From positions 87,749-149,007 of the forward strand of contig PFET01000009.1 of NCBI GenBank assembly GCA_002793855.1: a DNA stretch of 61,259 nt, read 5' to 3'. Below the pieces are notes generated by a model. The model searched no databases. It was not told the origin of the DNA and worked only from the letters and a program-made list of their open reading frames with translations. Positions 29,402 through 37,410 of this stretch are shown in pieces. Source of the DNA: Candidatus Uhrbacteria bacterium CG10_big_fil_rev_8_21_14_0_10_48_11. GTDB taxonomy: Bacteria; Patescibacteriota; Patescibacteriia; GWA2-46-9. The first letter of the stretch is position 1. Each line of letters begins with the position of its first letter. Position numbers and translations under genes: made by a program.

Positions 29402-30622
29402 TTAGTTAGTAGGGGTTGATTGCCCGTCGGGCGCGGCGCTGTTGCTGTCTAGCGGAATAGAAACCTTGGTGGAGCCGTCTGCTTGCTGCTGGTCAGTGGT
29501 GCTGGTGTTGCCACCATTTGCATCTACCTTTGTGCCGCCGGTGCTTGTTGTTGTGCCAGAAGTATCTGCCGGTTTATCACCAGTTTTACTGTCAGAGGTA
29601 CCAAGTACTTCACCCTTGCTAGAACTGTCCGTCGACGTAGTGCTGTCTTTTGGTTGACTGGTCGCATCAGTGTTGCCAGTGCTGTCAGCCGGTTGATCTG
29701 CCGGAACGTCAAGTTTATATACAATGTCTTCTACCTTCTTAATAAGGGCGATAGCGGCAAGGTAGTCACCGGAAATAACTTTCTCTTTTGCTTCGGCAAG
29801 ACCCGCCTTGGCTTCTACGTTACCTTTAGCACCACCAAGCAGGTTGAGGTTGTCTTCGGTCGTCTTAATTTTTTGATCTAGTTTATCCCCAACCGATGAA
29901 TCGTTTGGATTTTTCTCGGCAATAACTTTGAGGGTTTCTGTCTCTGCACGGTTGACCGCCTCTATCGCTTTACCGACAGAACCGGATACCGCGGCGCCGC
30001 CGACAGACTTTGTGGTTTCTAGCGCATGGACGTAGTCATCAAGACGAGCGTCAAGGATACGTGCGATTTCTACGCCTTGATTTGGCTGACTGTCTGATAC
30101 TTCGCTTGCTTTGGCGGTCGCCTGCGCTAACTTATTTTGAAACTGTCCGACCAGCTCCGCCACCTGCGGGACGTTACCGCCTTTCTGCGAAGTAAGAATG
30201 GAGGCCTCGATCAGACGTCGTGAGGCAAACTCTACCTCTAAACGAACCCGCTGCTGTGGTGTTCTGGCAACCGCAAGTTCTGCTGACTCTACTGCCAGCT
30301 TAACTTGGTAGAGTGGTTCACCCGGAACGCTGCCGTTAACTGCTGTTACCACGTAAGCACCAGTGCCAACAATAAACACAACCGCAAGCAACGCAGCTGC
30401 CGCGGTGCGTCGAGCAGCAACAGAAAAAATACCGGTGAAAGTTTCTTCTACATTCCAAAGGGCAACGCGAACCCGCTCGACAATAGACAGCGAGGTCTCA
30501 CTTGCCGCGTCTTCGGCAATACGTCCCAGTAAACCCGCGCGCGTAGCACGAAGCCACTCGGCATCTGGCCGAAGCTCTGCCTTGAGCGCCGTTAGGTTTT
30601 TTGTAAGCTGGTGGTTTTTCAT
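29402..30622 (-). CDS. DUF5667-like membrane protein, putative anti-sigma factor
   Basis: One TM segment followed by SVPGEPLYQVKLAVE, helical repeats and a disordered S/T/D tail. It has an ATGA overlap with the ECF sigma gene. Confidence 0.7.
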   Translation of the reverse strand: MKNHQLTKNLTALKAELRPDAEWLRATRAGLLGRIAEDAASETSLSIVERVRVALWNVEETFTGIFSVAARRTAAAALLAVVFIVGTGAYVVTAVNGSVPGEPLYQVKLAVESAELAVARTPQQRVRLEVEFASRRLIEASILTSQKGGNVPQVAELVGQFQNKLAQATAKASEVSDSQPNQGVEIARILDARLDDYVHALETTKSVGGAAVSGSVGKAIEAVNRAETETLKVIAEKNPNDSSVGDKLDQKIKTTEDNLNLLGGAKGNVEAKAGLAEAKEKVISGDYLAAIALIKKVEDIVYKLDVPADQPADSTGNTDATSQPKDSTTSTDSSSKGEVLGTSDSKTGDKPADTSGTTTSTGGTKVDANGGNTSTTDQQQADGSTKVSIPLDSNSAAPDGQSTPTN

Positions 30623-31197
30623 TGCTGCGTGGTTGATGATTCTATGTTGGTTACCGCTTCGCGAAGTGCGTCGAGTGCTCGGTGGGTGGTAACCCGAATG
30701 GCACCGCGCGACTTCTCTAAAATCTTTGCGACTTCTGCAATGGAGTAATCTTCGATGTAGCGAAGCAGAATGACTTCACGATACTCGTCCTTTATAGCGG
30801 CAAGACCTTTGGTGACAGTCTCCAGGTCAGAGCGGAACGACAGGTTTACCGCAAACGATTGCTCAACCGGTTCCATCACCCGCGCCATCAATTCTGCTGA
30901 GGCGGTTACCGAGTCTTTCGCTCGGCTGCGGTAATGGTCGATAACCACGTTGCGAGCCAGTCGGTAGACAAACGGTCTGAAGCTCGTTATCTTGTCTTCT
31001 CGCTTCTGGACGTACTCCCAAGTTTTCAAAAAAACGTCTGCTGTTAAATCTTCCGCCTCGACGCTAGAAGAAACTTTAAAGTAGATGTACCGATAGATTC
31101 GCGGCGCGTAGACATCATACAGTTCGCCAAACGCGTCTGCGTCCCTATCGTACAGCCGGTACAGTAAAATCTTTTCTCGCCAAGGTGTATTTTGCAG
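30619..31197 (-). CDS. ECF sigma-70 family RNA polymerase sigma factor (apparent CTG start)
   Basis: The frame extends upstream of the track start through region 2 (AFGELYDVYAPRIYRYIYFKV...AEDLTADVFLKTW) to CTG 31197, with an in-frame TAG at 31204-31206. Region 4 reads YREVILLRYIEDYSIAEVA...HRAL. Confidence 0.9.
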   Translation of the reverse strand: MQNTPWREKILLYRLYDRDADAFGELYDVYAPRIYRYIYFKVSSSVEAEDLTADVFLKTWEYVQKREDKITSFRPFVYRLARNVVIDHYRSRAKDSVTASAELMARVMEPVEQSFAVNLSFRSDLETVTKGLAAIKDEYREVILLRYIEDYSIAEVAKILEKSRGAIRVTTHRALDALREAVTNIESSTTQQ

Positions 31198-31217
31198 ATC
31201 GTTCTAACGCTAATTAA

Positions 31218-31243
31218 GACGAAAAAAATAGCGATATGTTACA
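31218..31243 (-). promoter_or_regulatory. ECF-type promoter upstream of the ECF sigma gene
   Basis: TGTAAC (31238-31243), a 16-nt spacer and CGTC (31218-31221) match the AAC...CGT pattern of ECF promoters. Confidence 0.7.
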
Positions 31244-31454
31244 GCTACTGTAGACATCCGCTCGCCAAAAAGATATAAGCCCTAAAACATTGCTAAAAGT
31301 ATAGTAGAAGCACATATATTTACAATAGCAGCAACCCCACAGGATTACTTTTAATGTTTGCTAAACTAAGAACAATATGGGATAACCTGATAACCGGTTT
31401 TGGTTCTGCGTAGAGCCAAAGAGTACGGAAATGTTATCAAACTATGCGCTGACC

Positions 31455-31485
31455 TGTGGACAACAAGTTATCCACCTGTTGATAA
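31455..31485. promoter_or_regulatory. Cluster of three DnaA-box-like 9-mers
   Basis: TGTGGACAA (31455), TTATCCACC (31468) and TGTTGATAA (31477) are each one mismatch from the consensus. Confidence 0.4.
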
Positions 31486-32583
31486 ACTATCAAGTGTTAC
31501 GGTTTTGCTTATGGTTTCTGTTCCGCGCATATATTTGATGACAATTTGGTCACCCGGTATATGCGACGACAAGATAGAGAATACATTACTGCTCTCGGCA
31601 GCGCTTTTACCATCTATGCTGACAATGATATCCCCAGCCTTTAGCCCAGCCGTTGCTGCCGGACTTTTTGCGACCACCGCAGAACCAGAAGCACTGTACA
31701 CAAAAGCCTCTGCTGATCCGCTTTGTACGTTTGTTGTTATTGCGTAACGTAAACCCAGCTGTGCGCGATTTGGTTCGTCATAGCGCAGTACACGATCTAA
31801 CAAAGTTCTTAAAGCATCACCCGGATAGATAACTGCCGTATTGTTTCCGCCGTCAATAAGCCCTACTACGTCACCACCAATGCTATACACAGGTGAACCG
31901 ACAAGTACGGAGGCGTTTTGCGTAACCCCCAAAACTGTTGAAAGAGTATCACTGCTTTCTGTTATCCCATCCTTTGCTCGACGGGGCACATCAACGCTGG
32001 TGATGTTCATTCGTGCAGCTTCCGAAGTCGGTGAGGTGGCAACAACAGTAATGCCAACCATGTAGTCTTTTGCGGCCATAAACCTCGCAGAAGAAAAGGT
32101 ACCGTCCCCTACTTTGAGCAGTACAAATGGCGTTGCTGTGTCTTTGACTATTCTGGTAATGAAGTGAGCCTCGCCTTGAATACTTATGACGTCACCAACG
32201 ACAATGGGAACGTCAGCAATGCTGCCAAACCAACCATCGTCAGTAAGTGAAATTGCCGCAGCTTTAGCTGCAGTTTTTTGGTAAAAATTTTTATCTCCAA
32301 TGTGGATAACGCTGTTTACGTTATACACAGCCCCCATAAAGGCTTTACTCTGCTTTACAATGTCGTTAATTCTGCTCCCCTCTTCTACCACAACCGTACC
32401 GGGTGAAGAAACGATGACCGATTGTGTCCCTGCTGGTATCTCTGCACGACGAAGCCCCGGAGCGAACCAAAGCAAAAGTCCAGCTCCGGCAGCGCCGGTG
32501 GCAAGACCGATGAGGATAAGGATAGCGAGCGGAATACCGGTTCGCTCTTTTGGTGGAAAAGTTGGTATTTCAGTAAGTGGCAT
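31468..32583 (-). CDS. HtrA/DegP-like trypsin-fold plus PDZ protein, catalytic triad degenerate
   Basis: N-terminal TM segment and a PDZ domain (SPAATAGLKAGDIIVSIDG). The protease motifs are altered. TATACT-N7-ATG gives a leaderless start. Confidence 0.75.
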   Translation of the reverse strand: MPLTEIPTFPPKERTGIPLAILILIGLATGAAGAGLLLWFAPGLRRAEIPAGTQSVIVSSPGTVVVEEGSRINDIVKQSKAFMGAVYNVNSVIHIGDKNFYQKTAAKAAAISLTDDGWFGSIADVPIVVGDVISIQGEAHFITRIVKDTATPFVLLKVGDGTFSSARFMAAKDYMVGITVVATSPTSEAARMNITSVDVPRRAKDGITESSDTLSTVLGVTQNASVLVGSPVYSIGGDVVGLIDGGNNTAVIYPGDALRTLLDRVLRYDEPNRAQLGLRYAITTNVQSGSAEAFVYSASGSAVVAKSPAATAGLKAGDIIVSIDGKSAAESSNVFSILSSHIPGDQIVIKYMRGTETISKTVTLDSLSTGG

Positions 32584-32655
32584 AACGTGAAGTATAGCAG
32601 AAAAAAACCCTCGCGTCGGTGAGGGTAAAAACTGTGCTATTTATGATTACTTTTT

Positions 32656-33525
32656 CTACAGTAACCAACGAGTCGTAATCAAAATAACGGCAAGGGAAAT
32701 GATGCTGATGTAGGCGTAACGGCGAAACACGATTGGACGCAGAGTGCCGTCGAGATGCGCGCGACCAATATTGGTAAAGAGGTAATACGCGAGGACAACA
32801 ATAAACGCTTTGACTTCAACCAAGTTTGGCAAAAAGTTAAGCACCCAAAACAGCTCACCAATGACTACAGCCTGCGCTACCAACAACAACCAAACACGGC
32901 TTGGTGCGTAGCGCTGTACCCAGAGCGTTCGGTAATCTATATAGAAAACAATAAACACGACGAGCAAGGCCGAAACCGGAATGATGCTGGTAACGTACTG
33001 CTCTGGTAGAATACTTGGGTCGAGGAGCAAATGGTAAAGAAAAAGCGACGTAAACCAGACAATCAAGGTGTTGAGGGCAAGAGACGCGTTCTCTAGTGAT
33101 TCGTCGTGGTAATTTGCACGATCCCAGTAGTAACGCCAGATGTGCTCCCAAAAGATGAAAATCGCCACCGCGGCAAGGAGGATAACCGCCTGACGACCAA
33201 GCGAAGTTCTAGCGAAGAGCAGCAAAATGCCCGCGCTTATCGTAAGCAGTAATGGCGTAAAAAGCGTATGCCACCAGCCAGCCACCAGAAGCGCGCGTTT
33301 GGAAAGGGCGATGCTGTTGATAACGACTATGCCGCCAACAACCGGCAAGATAAACTGCCACTCGGTGGGCGTAGTTACCAAAAACTCCAAGAACAACACC
33401 ACCATTGCGGCAGCCAAAAAAGGAAGGAGGCGGCGTACTGGCTGTTCGCGAATGAAGCATGCCAGTCTGACTAGGTGCGATCGTAAAATAACCAACCAGC
33501 TGCTCGGTTTTGAGAAAAAAGCCAT
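32656..33525 (-). CDS. Multi-pass membrane protein of unknown function
   Basis: About nine hydrophobic segments in a 289-aa ORF in tandem with its neighbours. Confidence 0.75.
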   Translation of the reverse strand: MAFFSKPSSWLVILRSHLVRLACFIREQPVRRLLPFLAAAMVVLFLEFLVTTPTEWQFILPVVGGIVVINSIALSKRALLVAGWWHTLFTPLLLTISAGILLLFARTSLGRQAVILLAAVAIFIFWEHIWRYYWDRANYHDESLENASLALNTLIVWFTSLFLYHLLLDPSILPEQYVTSIIPVSALLVVFIVFYIDYRTLWVQRYAPSRVWLLLVAQAVVIGELFWVLNFLPNLVEVKAFIVVLAYYLFTNIGRAHLDGTLRPIVFRRYAYISIISLAVILITTRWLL

Positions 33526-33527
33526 AA

Positions 33528-33980
33528 CTAGTTAGCAAGCTCTAACCCGGACAGCCAGTCGAGCCCATGAATTGCCTCATTGAACAGTATCGTACCCGTG
33601 CTGACCTTATCTGTAGCTGGCGGATCGCTCGCGTAACCACTTTGAAGATGGGTCAAGGCGAGAATGAGCCCGAGGTGAAGATCTTTGTATTGTGCGGGGA
33701 CACGTAGCGACAGCAATGCTATTTTTGCATCATCTATGATTGCTTTTCTGCTTGCTTCTGTTTGCTTTGTTGTATACGCCTTTTGAAAAACAGTAAGAGC
33801 TGTTGCAAGGTCGTGCTGGTAGGCTTCTGGTTTGATGGGGCTTTGGATGCTCATTGCGCCCGCCGCAGTATCGGTTGTTTTCGACACTGGTTGTTGAGAA
33901 TGCGAAAACACGGAGATAATGCCAGCCATTACCGCCAAAACAAAAATAAAGACAAGGGTAAATTCAAGTTTTTTACCCAT
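33528..33980 (-). CDS. Membrane-anchored hypothetical protein
   Basis: N-terminal TM segment and a helical C-terminus, with 2-nt spacing to both neighbours. Confidence 0.7.
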   Translation of the reverse strand: MGKKLEFTLVFIFVLAVMAGIISVFSHSQQPVSKTTDTAAGAMSIQSPIKPEAYQHDLATALTVFQKAYTTKQTEASRKAIIDDAKIALLSLRVPAQYKDLHLGLILALTHLQSGYASDPPATDKVSTGTILFNEAIHGLDWLSGLELAN

Positions 33981-33982
33981 AA

Positions 33983-34303
33983 CTAAAGGGCAAAGTCGGC
34001 GGCGTTAAGCTCTTGCCATTCGCCAGAAACATCACGTTCGACCGTGAACACGTGAACAATGTCAGATTCGTCGTATTCGCTCTTGACCTCTGCCGTAGAG
34101 CTCGCCCGCTTACTATAGACACGCTTCTCCCCTATCTTGCGAGGTTGCGAGGTCCACGAGAGCCGCAAACGGCCAACAGGTGAGGTAACAATGTAGCTCT
34201 CTACCGTACCAGGACGACCGACAAGGTCTTCGATATATTTCGAATCTATCTTGCCTTCGTCTTGAAGGCGACCAATTAAATCTTGCCAGCGTTCGTCAGT
34301 CAT
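33983..34303 (-). CDS. Hypothetical protein (106 aa)
   Basis: The start is placed at ATG 34303 (MTDERW), preceded by TATACT-N9. The track ORF is over-extended. Confidence 0.7.
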   Translation of the reverse strand: MTDERWQDLIGRLQDEGKIDSKYIEDLVGRPGTVESYIVTSPVGRLRLSWTSQPRKIGEKRVYSKRASSTAEVKSEYDESDIVHVFTVERDVSGEWQELNAADFAL

Positions 34304-34334
34304 AGTGCACTTAGTATACCAAGTCAAAATCTCG

Positions 34335-34364
34335 TTGACAAAGCGCCCCTTAAAATGGTAAAAC
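34335..34364 (+). promoter_or_regulatory. Candidate sigma70 promoter for the small membrane-ORF array
   Basis: TTGACA (34335-34340), an 18-nt spacer and TAAAAC (34359-34364) with an upstream TG. Confidence 0.4.
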
Positions 34365-34499
34365 GAAGCGTTCTTTAAAAAGTGAACAGATCGAATAAGG
34401 GTCGACAATCCGCTCGATAAATCGACCCCAACTTGCGTCATAGACGCGAGGTAAACCAACAGGCCGACGGTTGCAAAAGCCTTCGAAAGATTTCTTGCT

Positions 34500-34733
34500 G
34501 TGATGGCTACGTGCTATGCCATCCTGACATGCTGGCAAATACACCAAGTCTTGGAACGCCCGCCATGCGTGACCGAGATTTATCTGAGTAGGTATGCCTA
34601 CCTGACAAGTCTGGCGGGCCTGCTGACAGGCGTCTGCATGGTACTCTTCCTGGTTCGGCGGGGCTATCTGATCTCGCCTCAACAACATAAACAGAAGCGA
34701 GATGATGAAAATTGTCCCGGTTGGGCCAGTTAG
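34500..34733 (+). CDS. Small membrane protein (array member A)
   Basis: 77 aa with a hydrophobic segment (LTSLAGLLTGVCMVLFLV). The start signal is weak. Confidence 0.4.
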   Translation: MMATCYAILTCWQIHQVLERPPCVTEIYLSRYAYLTSLAGLLTGVCMVLFLVRRGYLISPQQHKQKRDDENCPGWAS

Positions 34734-34960
34734 CTTTAGGTGCCGCACCAAGCGCGACACTCAATGCGCCGCTTACAAGCGGGAGGTTAATAGTAGACAG
34801 AGAGAACTCCGGAAGAAAAAGACACAACCTGCTGGTGACGCGAGCTGGTTTTTTGCGCTACGGTGATGATATTCGTTGTCGCAGTCGCACTGTCCCGTAG
34901 CAAGGTTCGGCATCACCACAACATTTTCGGCGTGCATACGCACGCCGAGGGAGTAAGGAA

Positions 34961-35191
34961 GTGAAACAACCGCCCCAGTGGAAGATAAATAACGCCCGGC
35001 GCGGCATCGAAAGCCCGCTGCTCACTATCGCACTGGTCGTACTGCTGAGCAGTATGGCAGCGCTTTCGATGGCGAAGTGGAACACCCTCGGCTCCGAGGA
35101 AGCGGTTCGCTTCGCCAAACTGGCGCTTGGCATACCTACGTTGCTCATTGCCATCGTCTCTGCCGTTCGGGCAGAGAGAAGGAGGTCATGA
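34961..35191 (+). CDS. Small 2-TM protein (array member B)
   Basis: GTG start after GAGGGAGTAAGGAA, two hydrophobic segments and an ATGA overlap with the next ORF. Confidence 0.6.
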   Translation: MKQPPQWKINNARRGIESPLLTIALVVLLSSMAALSMAKWNTLGSEEAVRFAKLALGIPTLLIAIVSAVRAERRRS

Positions 35192-35427
35192 TGACCAGTC
35201 ATCAATGGGAAGAAATTCCCTACGAAACGAAATTCTCAATTACGTACACCGTCGCGTTCTTCGTGATCGCAGAACTGCTGGTGTGGGCCATCCTTGGATG
35301 GGCGCTCGCTTTCGCGCTCTTCCTCTGTGGTGTTGTTTTGGCGGCCTTGCTCGTTCTCTTTCTGTCGATGGCAGGACTCACGAAGGAAGCGGAAAGGAAT
35401 AAAGATGATATGGACGACGGCGCTTGA
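35188..35427 (+). CDS. Small 2-TM protein (array member C, 79 aa)
   Basis: AGAAGGAGG SD before ATG 35188, an ATGA overlap and a long hydrophobic hairpin. Confidence 0.65.
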   Translation: MMTSHQWEEIPYETKFSITYTVAFFVIAELLVWAILGWALAFALFLCGVVLAALLVLFLSMAGLTKEAERNKDDMDDGA

Positions 35428-35521
35428 AAAGATTCGGGGAGTAGCAACAACAATAGCGTTCGTTTGCGTTTTTGCTGCCCTGTACGTCATTCAACGTTTC
35501 ACTTTGACCAGCAAAAAATGA
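35405..35521 (+). CDS. 1-TM peptide (array member D, 38 aa)
   Basis: GAAAGGA SD before ATG 35405, sequence MIWTTALEKIRGVATTIAFVCVFAALYVIQRFTLTSKK, and an ATGA overlap with the next ORF. Confidence 0.5.
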   Translation: MIWTTALEKIRGVATTIAFVCVFAALYVIQRFTLTSKK

Positions 35522-35739
35522 GGGAACAGAAGATGATGAGGCAAGAAAAAACGGTAAGTTACGGAGGGCGAATGTTGATACTAGCCCCAACCACCGCGGG
35601 CATCGTTGGTGCACTGCTGACGATTCCCTTCTTTGGATGGAGGGCAGCAAGCCTGCTCTTCGTCGGTGGCATCACCGTCGGCCTGACCGCAGCGGTTCTT
35701 CTCGGACTACTCGGAAATAACGAGGAGCACAAGGCATGA
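35518..35739 (+). CDS. Small 2-TM protein (array member E, 73 aa)
   Basis: ATGA overlaps at both ends. It shares GW-x-x-A-x-x-LF-x-x-G with member C. Confidence 0.65.
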   Translation: MREQKMMRQEKTVSYGGRMLILAPTTAGIVGALLTIPFFGWRAASLLFVGGITVGLTAAVLLGLLGNNEEHKA

Positions 35740-35906
35740 GGAGAATTAGGGGACTTCAGTCAAGGGTTGCGCTGTCGGTCAGCGCAGTCTGTTTTCTCGC
35801 TCTGTCCGCGTTCGGCGCGGATGGGCCGAGAGCAGGAATCCATGTGCTCATTTTCTTCGGATTTCTCTTCGCATTGGCGTGGGGCCTCTCGAAGGCAATG
35901 CGCTAG
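35736..35906 (+). CDS. Small 2-TM protein (array member F, 56 aa)
   Basis: Not in the track. GAGGAG SD, ATGA overlap, sequence MRRIRGLQSRVALSVSAVCFLALSAFGADGPRAGIHVLIFFGFLFALAWGLSKAMR. Confidence 0.6.
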   Translation: MRRIRGLQSRVALSVSAVCFLALSAFGADGPRAGIHVLIFFGFLFALAWGLSKAMR

Positions 35907-35915
35907 GGAGAAAGT

Positions 35916-36137
35916 ATGATGAAATCTGTTTTTGTACTGCCGATAGTGGCGGGACTACCAGTGCCTCTCTTGCTTGTTGCTGCACTGCTCGGTGCCTATG
36001 CAGCGCAGAACAGCACGGAGTGGGCAGAGATGCTCCACCTGTGGAGCTTCTGGGGCGCAATTGCTTCTTTCTGTGGGGTGCTTATCTGCGGCCTCTTTGC
36101 TGAAGACATGAGCATAGAGGTGCAGAAGGAGGACTAA
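35916..36137 (+). CDS. Small 2-TM protein (array member G, 73 aa)
   Basis: AGGGAG SD, two hydrophobic segments and a TAATG overlap with the next ORF. Confidence 0.65.
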   Translation: MMKSVFVLPIVAGLPVPLLLVAALLGAYAAQNSTEWAEMLHLWSFWGAIASFCGVLICGLFAEDMSIEVQKED

Positions 36138-36355
36138 TGAAAGAATTTGAAGATCTCACATGGAAGGGGGGGCGCCGCCTCATGAGGCAATGTCTTCTCT
36201 ATGCGGGACTCTTCGCCATCGTAGCCATCTTGGCACTCCCCTTATCGCATGGAGGAGTGAGCATCGTATCTAAAATGGCAACGATGGCGTGCCTGGCATC
36301 GGCGTGGGCGGCCATGGTCTGCCGTTCGATCTGGCCACCGAGGTCACAACGATGA
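36137..36355 (+). CDS. Small 2-TM protein (array member H, 72 aa)
   Basis: AAGGAGG SD, TAATG coupling and two hydrophobic segments. Confidence 0.65.
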   Translation: MKEFEDLTWKGGRRLMRQCLLYAGLFAIVAILALPLSHGGVSIVSKMATMACLASAWAAMVCRSIWPPRSQR

Positions 36356-36385
36356 CCTCGGTGAAACACAAGGAGGACAGTTCGT

Positions 36386-36433
36386 AAAACCGGCGGTGTC
36401 GCAGCTCAAAAAAGAGTTGCACCCGCCGGTTTT
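36386..36433 (+). terminator. Hairpin terminator closing the array
   Basis: Outer stem AAAACCGGCGG ... CCGCCGGTTTT with an inner stem. Confidence 0.7.
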
Positions 36434-36472
36434 CATATACGCTCCATTCTCTTCACGCCTGCCCAACATACA

Positions 36473-36504
36473 ACATTCCAACATTCTTGAGAATGTTGGA
36501 ATGT
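36473..36504. repeat. 32-bp palindrome, copy 1
   Basis: ACATTCCAACATTCT-TG-AGAATGTTGGAATGT, with perfect 15-bp arms. Confidence 0.95.
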
Positions 36505-36614
36505 CATTTTTTTAAAATTAATCCATTGACGGCGCAGCTTACAAATGTTAAAAAAAGGTATCCGTTTCCTCCTGTCCGCCCTTGTTATTGCGGAAACAAA
36601 AAAGGAGGTGTGTC

Positions 36615-36863
36615 GTGCACACAAGAGGAAGAAAGGAAAAAATCAAGCGCCAGTCAGTCGTCCTGCGACGGGACGGCTACGACCCCAGCAAAAGAGCGGC
36701 GATTATACTCGGCGGAGTAATCGCCATGTCGATCGTGGGGGTACTGCTGATGCTCTACCCCCATGCGACGACCACGGTTCTCGTCGTGATAATTTTGGCC
36801 GGCCTCGCAACGCGCGTCTTCTGCGCCGTCAGCCGCTCCGGCATCTTCCGTTCGATATCGTAA
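36615..36863 (+). CDS. Small 2-TM protein between palindrome copies 1 and 2 (82 aa)
   Basis: Full SD AAAGGAGGTG before GTG 36615, a basic N-terminus and two TM segments. A 12-bp hairpin follows at 36888-36921. Confidence 0.65.
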   Translation: MHTRGRKEKIKRQSVVLRRDGYDPSKRAAIILGGVIAMSIVGVLLMLYPHATTTVLVVIILAGLATRVFCAVSRSGIFRSIS

Positions 36864-36994
36864 TCGACAGGAAGAGGCAGCCGACAAGGAGGAGCGCAGT
36901 GGTCACCCGCTGCGCTCCTCCCCCCTCTCGTCACTTCTTCACTGCCGAAGTAAAAATTTAGGAAAAAAAATTACCTCACCCCCACCCCAATCAA

Positions 36995-37026
36995 TCATTC
37001 CAACATTCTTGAGAATGTTGGAATGA
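36995..37026. repeat. 32-bp palindrome, copy 2
   Basis: TCATTCCAACATTCT-TG-AGAATGTTGGAATGA has an identical 30-bp core and compensatory T/A ends. It lies 2 nt after the wHTH stop codon. Confidence 0.95.
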
Positions 37027-37028
37027 CT

Positions 37029-37316
37029 TTACTGCAGCGCTCGAAACATTTTCAAAAAACGAACAACTATTCTTCCATAAGGCGAGAGCGAATGCTCTAC
37101 AAATTTACCGCGATACTTTTTATTGAGCAAACCAGACTGAACAAGGCGACGCGTGTGTTCACTTATCGTTTTACTATTCGCACCAATGGCTGCAACCAAC
37201 GAATCGAGGGTAATACCCTCCTTACGAGCTACGAGAAATAAAATATCAATCCGGTAATGATTTGCAACTCCCTTCAGGTGTCGTTCTATTTGCTTGGCTG
37301 TTTTTTGTTTTTTCAT
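37029..37316 (-). CDS. Winged helix-turn-helix (ArsR-like) DNA-binding protein
   Basis: KGVANHYRIDILFLV...ITLDSLV...NSKTISEHTRRLVQSGLLNKKYRG. The start is ATG 37316 (MKKQK) after TATACT-N6. Confidence 0.8.
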   Translation of the reverse strand: MKKQKTAKQIERHLKGVANHYRIDILFLVARKEGITLDSLVAAIGANSKTISEHTRRLVQSGLLNKKYRGKFVEHSLSPYGRIVVRFLKMFRALQ

Positions 37317-37330
37317 ATTTTTAGTATACC

Positions 37331-37362
37331 ACATTCCAACATTCTTGAGAATGTTGGAATGT
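37331..37362. repeat. 32-bp palindrome, copy 3 (overlaps the wHTH promoter)
   Basis: Identical to copy 1 and located immediately upstream of the TATACT -10 at 37323-37328. Confidence 0.95.
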
Positions 37363-37410
37363 TTAATGAATCGTTAGCGGCGTGTCGACACAGGTTCCCC
37401 ATTATTTATG

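Noticed and set aside
31261-31485. oriC
   Set aside because: There is no dnaA/dnaN nearby and no switch in gene orientation across the site.
34702-34964. Two further short ORFs (34702-34866 and 34863-34964) linking array members A and B
   Set aside because: They have GTGA-type overlaps but no SD and little hydrophobicity. They may be a frameshifted member but are not supportable as genes.
36473-37362. Palindrome copies as a CRISPR array
   Set aside because: The spacers are about 490 and 305 bp and contain genes, and there are no cas genes.
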